Of a stretch of DNA of 64,000 nucleotides, positions 1-8,913 are shown piece after piece. The stretch comes from an uncultured Clostridia bacterium (GTDB lineage Bacteria; Bacillota; Clostridia; Christensenellales; Borkfalkiaceae), in the NCBI GenBank assembly GCA_947598205.1, contig CANQFB010000001.1, positions 61,266-125,265 on the forward strand, written 5' to 3'. Both the position numbers and the translations under genes were made by a program. The notes under the pieces are model-generated. The model did not search any database. It had not been told where the DNA came from and saw nothing but the letters and a program-made list of their open reading frames with translations. The stretch's first letter is position 1. Every line of letters starts with the position of its first letter.

Positions 1-1782
1 GCGGAGAGCGTCGAGATCGGTGCGGACGCCGATCGTGCCCGCGGGGATCTTCACGAAGAGGTCCTCCGTCCCGTGGACGGAGAAGATCTTATCCGCGACC
101 TCGCCCGAGGGGATCTCGCGGAGCGTGGGAATGTCGAGCGCGCCCTCGCGCGTGCCCACGATGCGGTCACCGAAGAGGAAATAGACGGCGTCGTCCTCAT
201 AGCCGAGGGCAAAAGCAGAGGGGGCATCTTCAGACATGGTATATACATAATCGCTCCCATGCACCGTTGTGATCACTTCGTTCTCGTTTCTGTAGAGGGT
301 ATCGCCGATGAGATAATAGAGGTTGCCCTCGAAGTCGGCGCGAAGGCTGCGGAAGCCATCGGGAAGGCGGAAGGGAAGCGTTTCGCCCTCCGCTTCGGGA
401 TCGCAGAACTCCCTTTCGGTGTAGCGGATGACCTCATGGGCCGAGCCGCAGACGACGAACAGATCCCCATAGACGTCGGAAGCGAGCGCATAGGGGCTAT
501 CGTGCGCCTGATGGGGGACTTCCTCGCCGCCCACCTTTCCGCAGTAGGTGCCTGTCACATAGTACACTTCGCCGTACACGCACGCAAGCCCGCGGATGGC
601 GGTCTCCGTCCCTTCCTTTACGGCGGAAAAGATCATTTCATCCTTCTCGGAATAGGTGCAGGCGTAGATGTCGTTCTCCGTCGAAAGCGCAATGATCGAG
701 CCGTCGGTCGCGACATGGGTGGGGGTAAATCCCTCTATGCCCGTAATTTCGGAATATTTTTCTGTCGCAAAATTATAGACGTTCACGCGGCTGCCCGCCG
801 CATCGGCGGTGACGAGAAGGTCGCCCGCCCGCGCCGTATCCACCGCCCCCGAAAGCCTGTTCACGGAAGAGGAAGCGGAGGCGATCTCATAGCCTGTAAA
901 GTCCGCCCCGTCCGCGGTGGGGGTAAGTTCTTTGATCGAACTTCCCGCGATCATATAGAGCTTTCCACCAAAGGAAGTGAGCGCGGAGAAGTTTTCTCCC
1001 TTGGCGATGAGCGCGCTGTTTCCCTCTTTGTCCGTGCGATAGAGGCCGTCTGAAGCGGTGAAATAGAAGAAGTCCCCGAGCGCGCATACGCTCTTGACGG
1101 AGGCGACGTCGGCGGCGTTGTTTGAGAGGAAGAAGCAGGATTTGGCATCGAACTGTCCTTGTTCGTTTTGATAGAAGACGACATAGTTGAACGCGCAGTA
1201 GAGCTTTCCGCCGAGAAAGGTCATATTCGGCGTGGCGTTGTTTTCCACAGTGCCGAGATCGGTATGCGCGGGCTTTTCTTGGGTGAGGTCGTCGATGGAA
1301 TAGGATGCAATGGTCGTGCTTGTCCCGCCCACGTTGGCGGTGTAGAGGGTATTCCCATCGATGCAGAAGGTGGAGAAGTTAATGCCGGCGAAACTATCTA
1401 ACTGCTCTGTCTCAAAATTGTATTCGTAGAAATAATTACTTGCCGAACGTGTGGAGACGAAGAGGCGTTCGCCTGCAAAGCCGAGTTGAGTAACGCGCTC
1501 TCCCTCGGGAAGGTCGGTTTCGCTATAGCTTTCCGCGTTGCGGTCAAAGAGGTAAAGGGTATCCCCGTCGGCAATGGCGATATGCCCTGCGGAGAAGGCG
1601 GCGACGGTAGGGGCGTCGAGCTCCAAATACTGCTCATAGGAGGAGGGCAGGAAGAGGGAAGCGTCCTTTTGCGGCGCTTCCGCGGCAGAGGCCTTAAGGG
1701 AAGTTACGCCCCCCGCAAGGGCGGCCGCCGCAGCGAGCGCGGCGATGAGCGCTATTTTTGTTTTCGCGTGCGAAATATTCAT
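1..1782 (-). CDS. secreted repeat protein, probable beta-propeller fold; 3' end lies beyond window start
   Basis: Minus-strand frame checked open at three sampled segments between ATG 1780-1782 and base 1; absent from ORF track because no stop in window. N-terminus MNISHAKTKIALIAALAAAAALAGGVTSLKASAA is a signal peptide. Recurring blade-like motifs GNTLYTA, GGKLYCA, GGKLYMIAG, GEVYYVTG, GNLYYLIG. Confidence 0.7.
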   Translation of the reverse strand, partial: MNISHAKTKIALIAALAAAAALAGGVTSLKASAAEAPQKDASLFLPSSYEQYLELDAPTVAAFSAGHIAIADGDTLYLFDRNAESYSETDLPEGERVTQLGFAGERLFVSTRSASNYFYEYNFETEQLDSFAGINFSTFCIDGNTLYTANVGGTSTTIASYSIDDLTQEKPAHTDLGTVENNATPNMTFLGGKLYCAFNYVVFYQNEQGQFDAKSCFFLSNNAADVASVKSVCALGDFFYFTASDGLYRTDKEGNSALIAKGENFSALTSFGGKLYMIAGSSIKELTPTADGADFTGYEIASASSSVNRLSGAVDTARAGDLLVTADAAGSRVNVYNFATEKYSEITGIEGFTPTHVATDGSIIALSTENDIYACTYSEKDEMIFSAVKEGTETAIRGLACVYGEVYYVTGTYCGKVGGEEVPHQAHDSPYALASDVYGDLFVVCGSAHEVIRYTEREFCDPEAEGETLPFRLPDGFRSLRADFEGNLYYLIGDTLYRNENEVITTVHGSDYVYTMSEDAPSAFALGYEDDAVYFLFGDRIVGTREGALDIPTLREIPSGEVADKIFSVHGTEDLFVKIPAGTIGVRTDLDALR

Positions 1783-1930
1783 ACAATTCGATTATATCAT
1801 GCGCGTGCGTGAAACGCAACTTTTTCGGGAAAAAACTTTTTTCAAAAATTTCGTCATATAGGCGGCCGTCTGTCAACTTTGTGTGTTAGAATGAAAATAC
1901 AAACAAACGTTCGTATCGCATGAGAGCCCG

Positions 1931-2653
1931 ATGCGGCGCGGACGGAGCAAAGTGGTACAGACAATGAACGCTATCCATGTAAAAGTTTTTTTATACGCTT
2001 ATCCCCGTCTCGGCGCTCTCGCCGAGGCTTCCGAGAGGGCGGCGGAGAACAAGGCCGCGCTCTCCTTCCGCTCTCTCCTTTCCACCTTCGACGCATGCGC
2101 CGAAGTCGCGGAGGAATTTTCCATGGCAGACCGCCTCTTGGAACTTCGCCGCCAGCTCGGGCTGATCTTGGGCGACCTCACGCGCGAGGAGCGCTTCCTT
2201 CTCGAATATAAATTCTTCCGCAGAAGGAAAATGATTGCCTCATTTGCGGACATGGTGCCATCATATTCGATGAGAACATATTTCCGCAAGCAAAATTCCC
2301 TCCTAAAAAAGATCCGCTCCCGCCTCATGTTTTTGGGGTGGAGCGATGCGCGCTACGATCTCGCCTTCGGCGCGTACCGCCCCTTTGTGCAGATGGAACG
2401 CGCGCTTGCCGAGGGGAGGGAGCGGGCCTCCCTTCCCCCGCGGAAGGGGATGTTGTTTTTTCAAAGTTCGGCCTCTCCGCGATCGGAGGAACGCCTTCTT
2501 CCCTTGAGGGCGAAGACGGCGACGCCCACCGCCGCGGCGCAGGCGATACAGATGACGACGATATGCACCGTCTTCAGTCCGCCCCCCTTGGCCGCAGAAC
2601 TTCCGTCCACCGACCCCGAGGGGACGCTCAAGAAGTCGTCGTTGCGCTCATAG
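1931..2653 (+). CDS. RinA/ArpU-like phage late-gene activator candidate (sigma region-4-like HTH)
   Basis: 240-aa ORF just upstream of the terminase. LTREERFLLEYKFFRRRK...MRTYFRKQNSLLKKIRSRL resembles the C-terminal HTH of RinA/ArpU regulators. The last ~65 codons run antisense through 2461..3159, so the true 3' end is uncertain. Confidence 0.4.
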   Translation: MRRGRSKVVQTMNAIHVKVFLYAYPRLGALAEASERAAENKAALSFRSLLSTFDACAEVAEEFSMADRLLELRRQLGLILGDLTREERFLLEYKFFRRRKMIASFADMVPSYSMRTYFRKQNSLLKKIRSRLMFLGWSDARYDLAFGAYRPFVQMERALAEGRERASLPPRKGMLFFQSSASPRSEERLLPLRAKTATPTAAAQAIQMTTICTVFSPPPLAAELPSTDPEGTLKKSSLRS

Positions 2654-3159
2654 GCGGGTTCTTCCGCGAGGGGAATGTAGCCGAATGTGCCCTCATAGAG
2701 GACGTAGGCGTAGCGGTTTCCCCCCTCATAGCGCAGGCCGTAGTAGACGAAGGTCCGCTCGATGCTCCCGAACATATCGGGGAAGGCGTCCGAGAAGGCG
2801 TCGCCGCCCGCGAGGTCGTAGGTCACTTTGATCTCCTTCCGCAGGAAGGGGCGCGCGGGGATAAAATCGACGAAGGTCAGCGCCTCCGTCTCGCAATACC
2901 CCATGACCTTGCGGTAGGGGGGATCGTTGACGAGATATTCGACGGCGGTGAAGCGTTCGCCCTCGCTCAAGACGCGCACATAGTAGGTCTCGGGGAGGAG
3001 AAAGAGGCGGTCCTCTTCGCTCTCCGCCGCATAGAACCATACGTTGGAATCGGCCGCCACGGCATAGCGGAGCGTATCTGCCCGCGCGGTGAGGGGCGGG
3101 GCGGCGAGGGACGCGGCGCAAAGAAGAAGCCCGAGGACGGACATTATAAATGCTTTCAT
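2461..3159 (-). CDS. secreted, C-terminally membrane-anchored protein of unknown function
   Basis: 232-aa ORF. Signal peptide MKAFIMSVLGLLLCAASLAAPPLTARA; C-terminal TM helix VHIVVICIACAAAVGVAVFAL followed by a basic tail. Opposite strand to the phage genes (moron-like position). Confidence 0.7.
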   Translation of the reverse strand: MKAFIMSVLGLLLCAASLAAPPLTARADTLRYAVAADSNVWFYAAESEEDRLFLLPETYYVRVLSEGERFTAVEYLVNDPPYRKVMGYCETEALTFVDFIPARPFLRKEIKVTYDLAGGDAFSDAFPDMFGSIERTFVYYGLRYEGGNRYAYVLYEGTFGYIPLAEEPAYERNDDFLSVPSGSVDGSSAAKGGGLKTVHIVVICIACAAAVGVAVFALKGRRRSSDRGEAEL

Positions 3160-3176
3160 ACGCGCTATGATAGCGC

Positions 3177-4637
3177 ATGGCGCGCCGCATGTTCAGGAAA
3201 ATTTTGACGAAAATGAACGAACTTATGCAAAAAATCCGCGCGATCGAAGAGGAGCAGAAGCGTCGGGCGGAACACGACCATCTCGCCCGCTACAACGCGG
3301 GCCGCATCAAACACAAGAAGCAGGTCGCCTTTCATAAATGCAGGAAGCGCAACCGCTGGGTGTTCGGCGGCAACCGTTCGGGAAAGACGGAATGCGGGGC
3401 GGCGGAGGCCGTCTGGCTCGCCCGCGGCAACCACCCCTACCGCAAGAACAGGCCCAATGTCTTCGGATGGGTGGTCTCCCTCACCGCGCAGGTCCAGCGC
3501 GACGTCGCACAGGCCAAGATCCTTCACTATCTCCGACCCGATTGGATCGAGGACATCGTGATGACGAGCGGCCGCAAGGATAGCCCCGCCTCGGGCGTCA
3601 TCGACCAGATCAGGGTGAAGAACGTCTTCGGCGGCATCTCCGTCATCGGCTTCAAGAGTTGCGATCAGGGGCGGGAACGCTTTCAGGGGAGTTCGCTCGA
3701 CTTCGTTTGGTTCGACGAAGAGCCCCCCAAGGACATCTATGAAGAGTGCCGCATGCGCGTCGCCGACCGCGAAGGGGACATCTTCGGCACGATGACCCCC
3801 TTAAAGGGCCTGACCTTCGTCTACGAAGAGATCTACCTCAACCCGAAGAGCGACCCCGAGATCTGGTATGAATTTATGGAATGGTCGGATAACCCCTTCC
3901 TCCCAAAAAAGGAGATCGCCCTTTTGGAGGCGACGATGGACGAGACGACCATGCAGGCGCGCAGATACGGGCGGTTTTGCACGCGGGAGGGGCTGATCTA
4001 TCCCGAATTCGACGAGAGCGTGCACGTCATCGAGCCCTTCTCCATTCCCCCAGCGTGGCAGGATACCATCTCCATCGACCCGGGGCTCAAGAACCCGCTC
4101 TCCGCCCATTGGTATGCGGTGGACTACGACGGGAACGTGTACGTCGTCGCCGAACACTATGCGGCGGGGCTGGACGTCGATTCCCATGCCGACGCCATCT
4201 TCGGCGTCTCGGAGCGCATCGGCTGGAAGAGGGACGCGAGGGGGCGGCTCACCGCCCTCATCGACCCTGCGGCCGAAGCGAGGACGCTCGCCTCGCAAAG
4301 GAGCGTCGCCGATCTCTTCTACGCGCGGGGCATCCTCGTCAATACCCGCGTGAACAAAGATGTCTTCGGCGGCATCGCGCAGGTGAAGCGGTATCTCTCC
4401 CGCAAGAACGGCATGCCCGATCTCTACATCTTCAAAAACTGCGTGAACATGATCCGCGAGTTCAAGGGATATTTTTGGGGAAGCGGCGAGGCTCCCGTCA
4501 AGCGGGACGACCATGCGATGGACGAGCTCCGCTACTATCTTATGACAAAGCCGCAGAACGCCCATCCCCCCGTCCGCGAGAAGACGGAGATCGAGAAGGA
4601 TATAGAGCGGCGTTTGAGAAGGCTCAAAAGGAGGTAA
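3177..4637 (+). CDS. terL: phage terminase large subunit
   Basis: 486 aa. Walker A GGNRSGKTECG, Walker B LDFVWFDEEP, C-terminal RNaseH-like nuclease motifs (ISIDPG, DDHAMDELRY). Followed by portal. Confidence 0.9.
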   Translation: MARRMFRKILTKMNELMQKIRAIEEEQKRRAEHDHLARYNAGRIKHKKQVAFHKCRKRNRWVFGGNRSGKTECGAAEAVWLARGNHPYRKNRPNVFGWVVSLTAQVQRDVAQAKILHYLRPDWIEDIVMTSGRKDSPASGVIDQIRVKNVFGGISVIGFKSCDQGRERFQGSSLDFVWFDEEPPKDIYEECRMRVADREGDIFGTMTPLKGLTFVYEEIYLNPKSDPEIWYEFMEWSDNPFLPKKEIALLEATMDETTMQARRYGRFCTREGLIYPEFDESVHVIEPFSIPPAWQDTISIDPGLKNPLSAHWYAVDYDGNVYVVAEHYAAGLDVDSHADAIFGVSERIGWKRDARGRLTALIDPAAEARTLASQRSVADLFYARGILVNTRVNKDVFGGIAQVKRYLSRKNGMPDLYIFKNCVNMIREFKGYFWGSGEAPVKRDDHAMDELRYYLMTKPQNAHPPVREKTEIEKDIERRLRRLKRR

Positions 4638-4640
4638 GGT

Positions 4641-4901
4641 TTGCAAGGCAGTTTGGATGAAGCGATCAGGAAAGTCGCCCTCGGCTTCTCCCTCTCGGAG
4701 GTGACCGAGGAATACGCGGCGGCCGACGGGGAACTCAAGCTCGTAAAGCGCAAGGAGACCAAAAAGGACGTCCCGCCCGATCTCAAAGCGGTGCGCCTTC
4801 TCTTGGAGGAGCGCGCTCTATCTTCGCTCTCTGACGAGGAGCTCGAGGCCGAGCGGCAGAGGCTTTTGTCCCGCCTCAAAGAGGGGGGAGAGGACGAATA
4901 A
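4641..4901 (+). CDS. small acidic phage protein, possible small-terminase-like fragment
   Basis: TTG start 4 nt after the terL stop with AGGAGG just upstream. 86 aa, helical and acidic. KETKKDVPPDLKAVRLLLEE resembles the distal part of HTH-type small terminase proteins (from memory, tentative). Confidence 0.45.
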   Translation: MQGSLDEAIRKVALGFSLSEVTEEYAAADGELKLVKRKETKKDVPPDLKAVRLLLEERALSSLSDEELEAERQRLLSRLKEGGEDE

Positions 4902-4919
4902 TTCAATCGGAGGATATAT

Positions 4920-6764
4920 ATGCAGGAAACAAACTTCAAGGAGCGCGCGGAGGAACTCCGCCAAAAGGCGCTCGCAGAGGAGATCGAGGCCGACTTCGCA
5001 TCCCGCCAGCGCGCAAAACGCCAGCTCGAGCGGGGGTGGCAGCTCAACATGAATTTTGTGAGCGGCGACCAGTTCTGCGACATCGGCCCCGCGGGGGAGC
5101 TCGAGGAGGAAAACGCCGAATACGAATGGCAGTCGCGCAGGTGTTTCAACCACATCGCGCCCACCGTCGATACCCGCCTCGCGCGGCTCGCGAAGGTCCG
5201 CCCCTCCCTCGAGGTGCGCGCCTTCTCGGATAGCGAGGCAGACATCAAGACGGCGCGGATCGCCACCAACATCTTGCGGTCGGTCAAAAACCGCATCGAC
5301 CTCGACGGCGTGATCTCCCGTGCGACGCTCTGGAGCGAAGTGTGCGGGACGGCCTTCTATAAGGTAGTATGGAATTTCGACGCGGGCAGTGTGATCGGCG
5401 CCGACGAGAACGGCCATTCCCTCCGGGAAGGGGACGTCAACGTCGTCCCGCTCTCGCCCTTCGAGATATACCCCGACGACTTAACGGCCCCTACCATGTC
5501 CGAGGTCAAGAGCATCATTCACGCAAAGGCGATCTCCGTATCCGAGATCCGCGAGAAGTTCGGCGTCGAGCTTCCGGGAAGACAGATCACCGATTTCGCC
5601 CTCGTTCCATACAGTTGCGCTTCAGGCTGGAAGCGACCCGCAGACGGCGCGCAAAGCCCCGTCCTCGAGGACAGGGAAATTCTCATCGAACGGTACACCC
5701 GTCCCAACGGAAGGTATCCCGAAGGGCGGCTTGAGATCGTCGCGGGAGGGAAGCTCCTCTTCGAGGGCCCTCTCCCCTATAAAAACGGCGACCGCGGAGA
5801 GCGCATCCTGCCCTTCATCAGGCAGACGGGCATCGAGCTCGCGGGGTCGTTCTTCGGCACTTCCGTCGTAGACCGCATGATCCCCCTCCAGCGGGCTTAC
5901 AATGCGGTCAGAAACCGCAAGCACGAGTTCTTGAACCGCCTCACGGCGGGCGTCGTTGCGGTAGAAGACGGGAGTGTGGACGCGGAGGAATTGGCGCAGG
6001 ACGGGCTCTATCCCGGGAAGATCCTCGTCTACCGTCAGGGCTCCCCCGCGCCCGCCTTTCTGGACTGCGGGAGTTTTCCCGCCGAGTTCAGGGAGGAGGA
6101 AGAGCGCATCGCGAACGAGTTCGTCCTCGTCTCGGGGATGAGCGAGATCTCGCGCAACTCCGCGAATCCCACCAACGTCGTGAGCGCCGTGGGATTGCAA
6201 CTCTTGCTCGATCAGGATACCAACCGCATGCATCAGGCGGTGGAGAGCGTCGAGAGGGCGGTGAAGGAGGCGGGGAAACAGATCCTGCACCTCTATAAGC
6301 AGTTCGCCGCCGCAAAGCGCCTCCTCAACATGACGGGAACGGACGGGCATACCGAGCTCTACTACTTTGACGCGAGCGATATTTCGGCGGACGACGTCGT
6401 GTTCGCGACGGGATACGACCGCACCCCCTCCGAGATCAAGGAGGAGATCGTGAACCTCCTCTCGCTGGGGCTTCTCAAAGATAGCGAGGGCAACCTCTCG
6501 GACGAGACGAAAAACCGCATCCTCGATGCGCTCGGATACGGCTCGTTCGAGAATGCGAGGGACATCTCACGCCTGCACGTCGCGAAAGCGGAGCGGGAGA
6601 ACGTCCTTCTGGCGCACGAGGATGTCGAAGCGGAGGAATACGACGATCACGCCCTTCACATCCTCGAACATCTCCGCTTCCTCTTATCGGGAGGCGAAGC
6701 GCAAGCGGCGACAAAGGCGAGGGTCTTGCGCCACCTTCAAAGCCACCGCCGCAAAGGAGAATAA
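4920..6764 (+). CDS. phage portal protein
   Basis: 614 aa, GGAGG RBS. Position between terminase and scaffold/capsid, size and acidic C-terminus are typical of portal proteins. Recognised by context and general similarity only. Confidence 0.8.
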   Translation: MQETNFKERAEELRQKALAEEIEADFASRQRAKRQLERGWQLNMNFVSGDQFCDIGPAGELEEENAEYEWQSRRCFNHIAPTVDTRLARLAKVRPSLEVRAFSDSEADIKTARIATNILRSVKNRIDLDGVISRATLWSEVCGTAFYKVVWNFDAGSVIGADENGHSLREGDVNVVPLSPFEIYPDDLTAPTMSEVKSIIHAKAISVSEIREKFGVELPGRQITDFALVPYSCASGWKRPADGAQSPVLEDREILIERYTRPNGRYPEGRLEIVAGGKLLFEGPLPYKNGDRGERILPFIRQTGIELAGSFFGTSVVDRMIPLQRAYNAVRNRKHEFLNRLTAGVVAVEDGSVDAEELAQDGLYPGKILVYRQGSPAPAFLDCGSFPAEFREEEERIANEFVLVSGMSEISRNSANPTNVVSAVGLQLLLDQDTNRMHQAVESVERAVKEAGKQILHLYKQFAAAKRLLNMTGTDGHTELYYFDASDISADDVVFATGYDRTPSEIKEEIVNLLSLGLLKDSEGNLSDETKNRILDALGYGSFENARDISRLHVAKAERENVLLAHEDVEAEEYDDHALHILEHLRFLLSGGEAQAATKARVLRHLQSHRRKGE

Positions 6765-6767
6765 GAC

Positions 6768-7166
6768 GTGGAAGAGGAAAACAAGAACGCGGATCCCAAA
6801 ACGGCGCCCGATGGCGCAACCGTCATGGGGAAATTCAAGAGCGTCGATGCCCTCGCGCATGCGTACGGAGAGCTCGAGGCCGAATTTACCCGCCGCAGTC
6901 AACGGCTCAAGGCGCTCGAGGAGCAGCTCGCCCAAATGAGATCGGGCGAAGGTGCGCATGCCGCGCCCGCGCAGGAGGAGCTCCTGCGGACGCCCGCGCC
7001 CGGCGAAGATGAAGGCGTGCACACAGAGAGCGGATACCTGCGTCCGCTCAAGGGCGCGCCCCTGATGGGGGAGGGAGGAACGGGCGTCATCGCTCCCAGA
7101 TTGTCCCCCAAGACGATCGACGAGGCGGGAGATCTCGCCTTCGGATATTTCAAGACGTCCAAATAA
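6768..7166 (+). CDS. phage scaffolding protein candidate
   Basis: GTG start. 132 aa between portal and capsid. Charged, coiled-coil-prone segment ELEAEFTRRSQRLKALEEQLAQMR. No prohead protease gene present. Confidence 0.5.
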   Translation: MEEENKNADPKTAPDGATVMGKFKSVDALAHAYGELEAEFTRRSQRLKALEEQLAQMRSGEGAHAAPAQEELLRTPAPGEDEGVHTESGYLRPLKGAPLMGEGGTGVIAPRLSPKTIDEAGDLAFGYFKTSK

Positions 7167-7185
7167 AACTTTTTAAGGAGAAACT

Positions 7186-8343
7186 ATGGCTGTAACAACC
7201 GTCAGTGCGGAGATCGCACTCAAAACCTACTATCTTCCCGCCGTGGCCGACCAGCTCAACAAGGGCATCAGCCCCTTCTATGCGCGCATCCGCCAAACCA
7301 CGAACGACGTCGTGGGCAAGGAGGTGAAAAAGCTGGTGCGCTACGGCGTCAACGGCGGCATCACCGCGGGCACCGAGACGGGGGATCTCCCCAAATCGAA
7401 CGCCAATTCCTATGCGCTCTTCACCGCCCAGCTCAAGAACTTTTACGGCTCGATCGAGATCAGCGATAAGGCCATCCGCGCTTCAACGGGGGAGACGGGC
7501 GCCTTCGTCAGCCTCCTCAACGACGAGATGAACGGCCTCCTCGAGAGCGCGCGCTTCAACTTCAACAGAATGCTCTTCGGCGACGGCTCGGGCACGATCG
7601 CCACGATCAAAGGGGTCTCGCAGTCCAACTACAGCGTCGATTCCACGAGAAACCTCTTCGAGGGCATGTTGGTCAGCGTCGTGAGCTCCACGGGCACGAT
7701 CATAGCCTCCGACCGCGTCATCCAGAGCGTCGACCATGCCAACAAGACGATCAGGATCTCGGGTTCGGATTTTTCGAGCCCAGAAAACTACACCCTCTCC
7801 GTCCAATATTCGAGAAACCTCGAGCTCACAGGCCTCGGGGCCATCTTCAAGGAGAAGGGCGCCCTCTACGGGCAGATGGTCGAGAACCATCAATGGCTCA
7901 AGCCCAATATCTATAAGGAAGTGGGGGAGATCACGGAGAACAAGATCCAGAAGGCCATCGACGAAGTGGAGGAACGCACGGGGAGCAAGATCAACTTCAT
8001 CATGTGCTCGTGGGGAGTGCGCAGGGCGCTCTTTAACGCGCTCTCGGCCTACCGTTCGCTCGAGCCCATAACGCTCGAAGGGGGCTTCAAGGCCATCAAC
8101 TTCAACGGAATTCCCGTCGTCGCCGATAGGTTCTGCCCCGAAGGCACGATGTATCTTCTCAACACCGACGACTTCGCCCTCCATCAGCTCTGCGATTGGC
8201 AATGGCTCGAAGGGGAGGACGGGAAGATCCTCAAACAAGTCCCCGGCAAGGCGGTCTACACGGCCACGCTCGTCAAATACGCCGAGCTCATGTGCTACCG
8301 CCCCGCAGGGCAGGCGATGCTCTCGGGCATCACGGAAGCATAA
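7186..8343 (+). CDS. phage major capsid protein (HK97-fold type)
   Basis: 385 aa, strong RBS AAGGAG. Position after scaffold. N-terminal region and FYGSIEISDKAIRAS...NDEMNGLLESARFNFNRMLFGDGSG look like Firmicute phage major capsid proteins. Confidence 0.8.
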   Translation: MAVTTVSAEIALKTYYLPAVADQLNKGISPFYARIRQTTNDVVGKEVKKLVRYGVNGGITAGTETGDLPKSNANSYALFTAQLKNFYGSIEISDKAIRASTGETGAFVSLLNDEMNGLLESARFNFNRMLFGDGSGTIATIKGVSQSNYSVDSTRNLFEGMLVSVVSSTGTIIASDRVIQSVDHANKTIRISGSDFSSPENYTLSVQYSRNLELTGLGAIFKEKGALYGQMVENHQWLKPNIYKEVGEITENKIQKAIDEVEERTGSKINFIMCSWGVRRALFNALSAYRSLEPITLEGGFKAINFNGIPVVADRFCPEGTMYLLNTDDFALHQLCDWQWLEGEDGKILKQVPGKAVYTATLVKYAELMCYRPAGQAMLSGITEA

Positions 8344-8358
8344 GAGGGGGAGGACGCT

Positions 8359-8913
8359 ATGCCGATCAAAGTAAGTGAGGTCATCTCGGCCGCGGCACAG
8401 CTGGTCGGCAGAGACGATCTCTCCTTCAAGGCCCAAAAGGGTACGGATGATCGCGAGATCGACCTTCTTTTGGAATGTTTCCATTTCATCGAGAGCGAGA
8501 TCGCCCTCGAGTATCTCCCTCTGCGGTGTTCCGAAAGGCTCTCCGCGGCCGATGGGAAGGTGGATCTTTCCGCCTTCTCAAAGGCCCCGCTGGAAGTGCT
8601 TTCCGTGCGCTCTCCTTCGGGCATGGGTATCCCGTTTTCTCTCTTCGCCGATCATCTCGAGGTGGAAGGGAAGGCGGAGGAAGTGGAGGTTTTCTACGCC
8701 TATGCGCCCGCGAAAAAGGCGATCGGCGACGATTGCGAACTTCCCGAGAAGATGACGGTGCGCCTCCTCTCGCTCGGCGTCGCCGCCGAATTTCTCATCG
8801 CGCACGGGCTCTACACCGAGGGGGCTTCCTTCAGCGGACGCTACCGCGAGGCGCTCGCCGCGGCCGTCCGCGTCAGGCGGAAGCTCGTCCTCCCGCCGAG
8901 GAGGTGGGTATGA
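8359..8913 (+). CDS. phage structural protein, head-completion/adaptor candidate
   Basis: 184-aa ORF immediately after the capsid gene. Its stop overlaps the next start (ATGA at 8910-8913). Confidence 0.55.
   Translation: MPIKVSEVISAAAQLVGRDDLSFKAQKGTDDREIDLLLECFHFIESEIALEYLPLRCSERLSAADGKVDLSAFSKAPLEVLSVRSPSGMGIPFSLFADHLEVEGKAEEVEVFYAYAPAKKAIGDDCELPEKMTVRLLSLGVAAEFLIAHGLYTEGASFSGRYREALAAAVRVRRKLVLPPRRWV

Noticed and set aside
73-1053. 326-aa plus-strand ORF at the window start
   Set aside because: It is antisense to the open minus-strand frame that has a clear signal peptide and RBS-proximal ATG at 1782. Its Arg/Gly/Ala-rich composition is typical of GC-rich shadow frames.
8475-8909. 145-codon N-terminal extension of the 8910 gene suggested by the ORF track
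   Set aside because: The extension is Arg/Gly-rich and overlaps 8359..8913 in another frame. ATG 8910 has a good SD and forms an ATGA coupling overlap.
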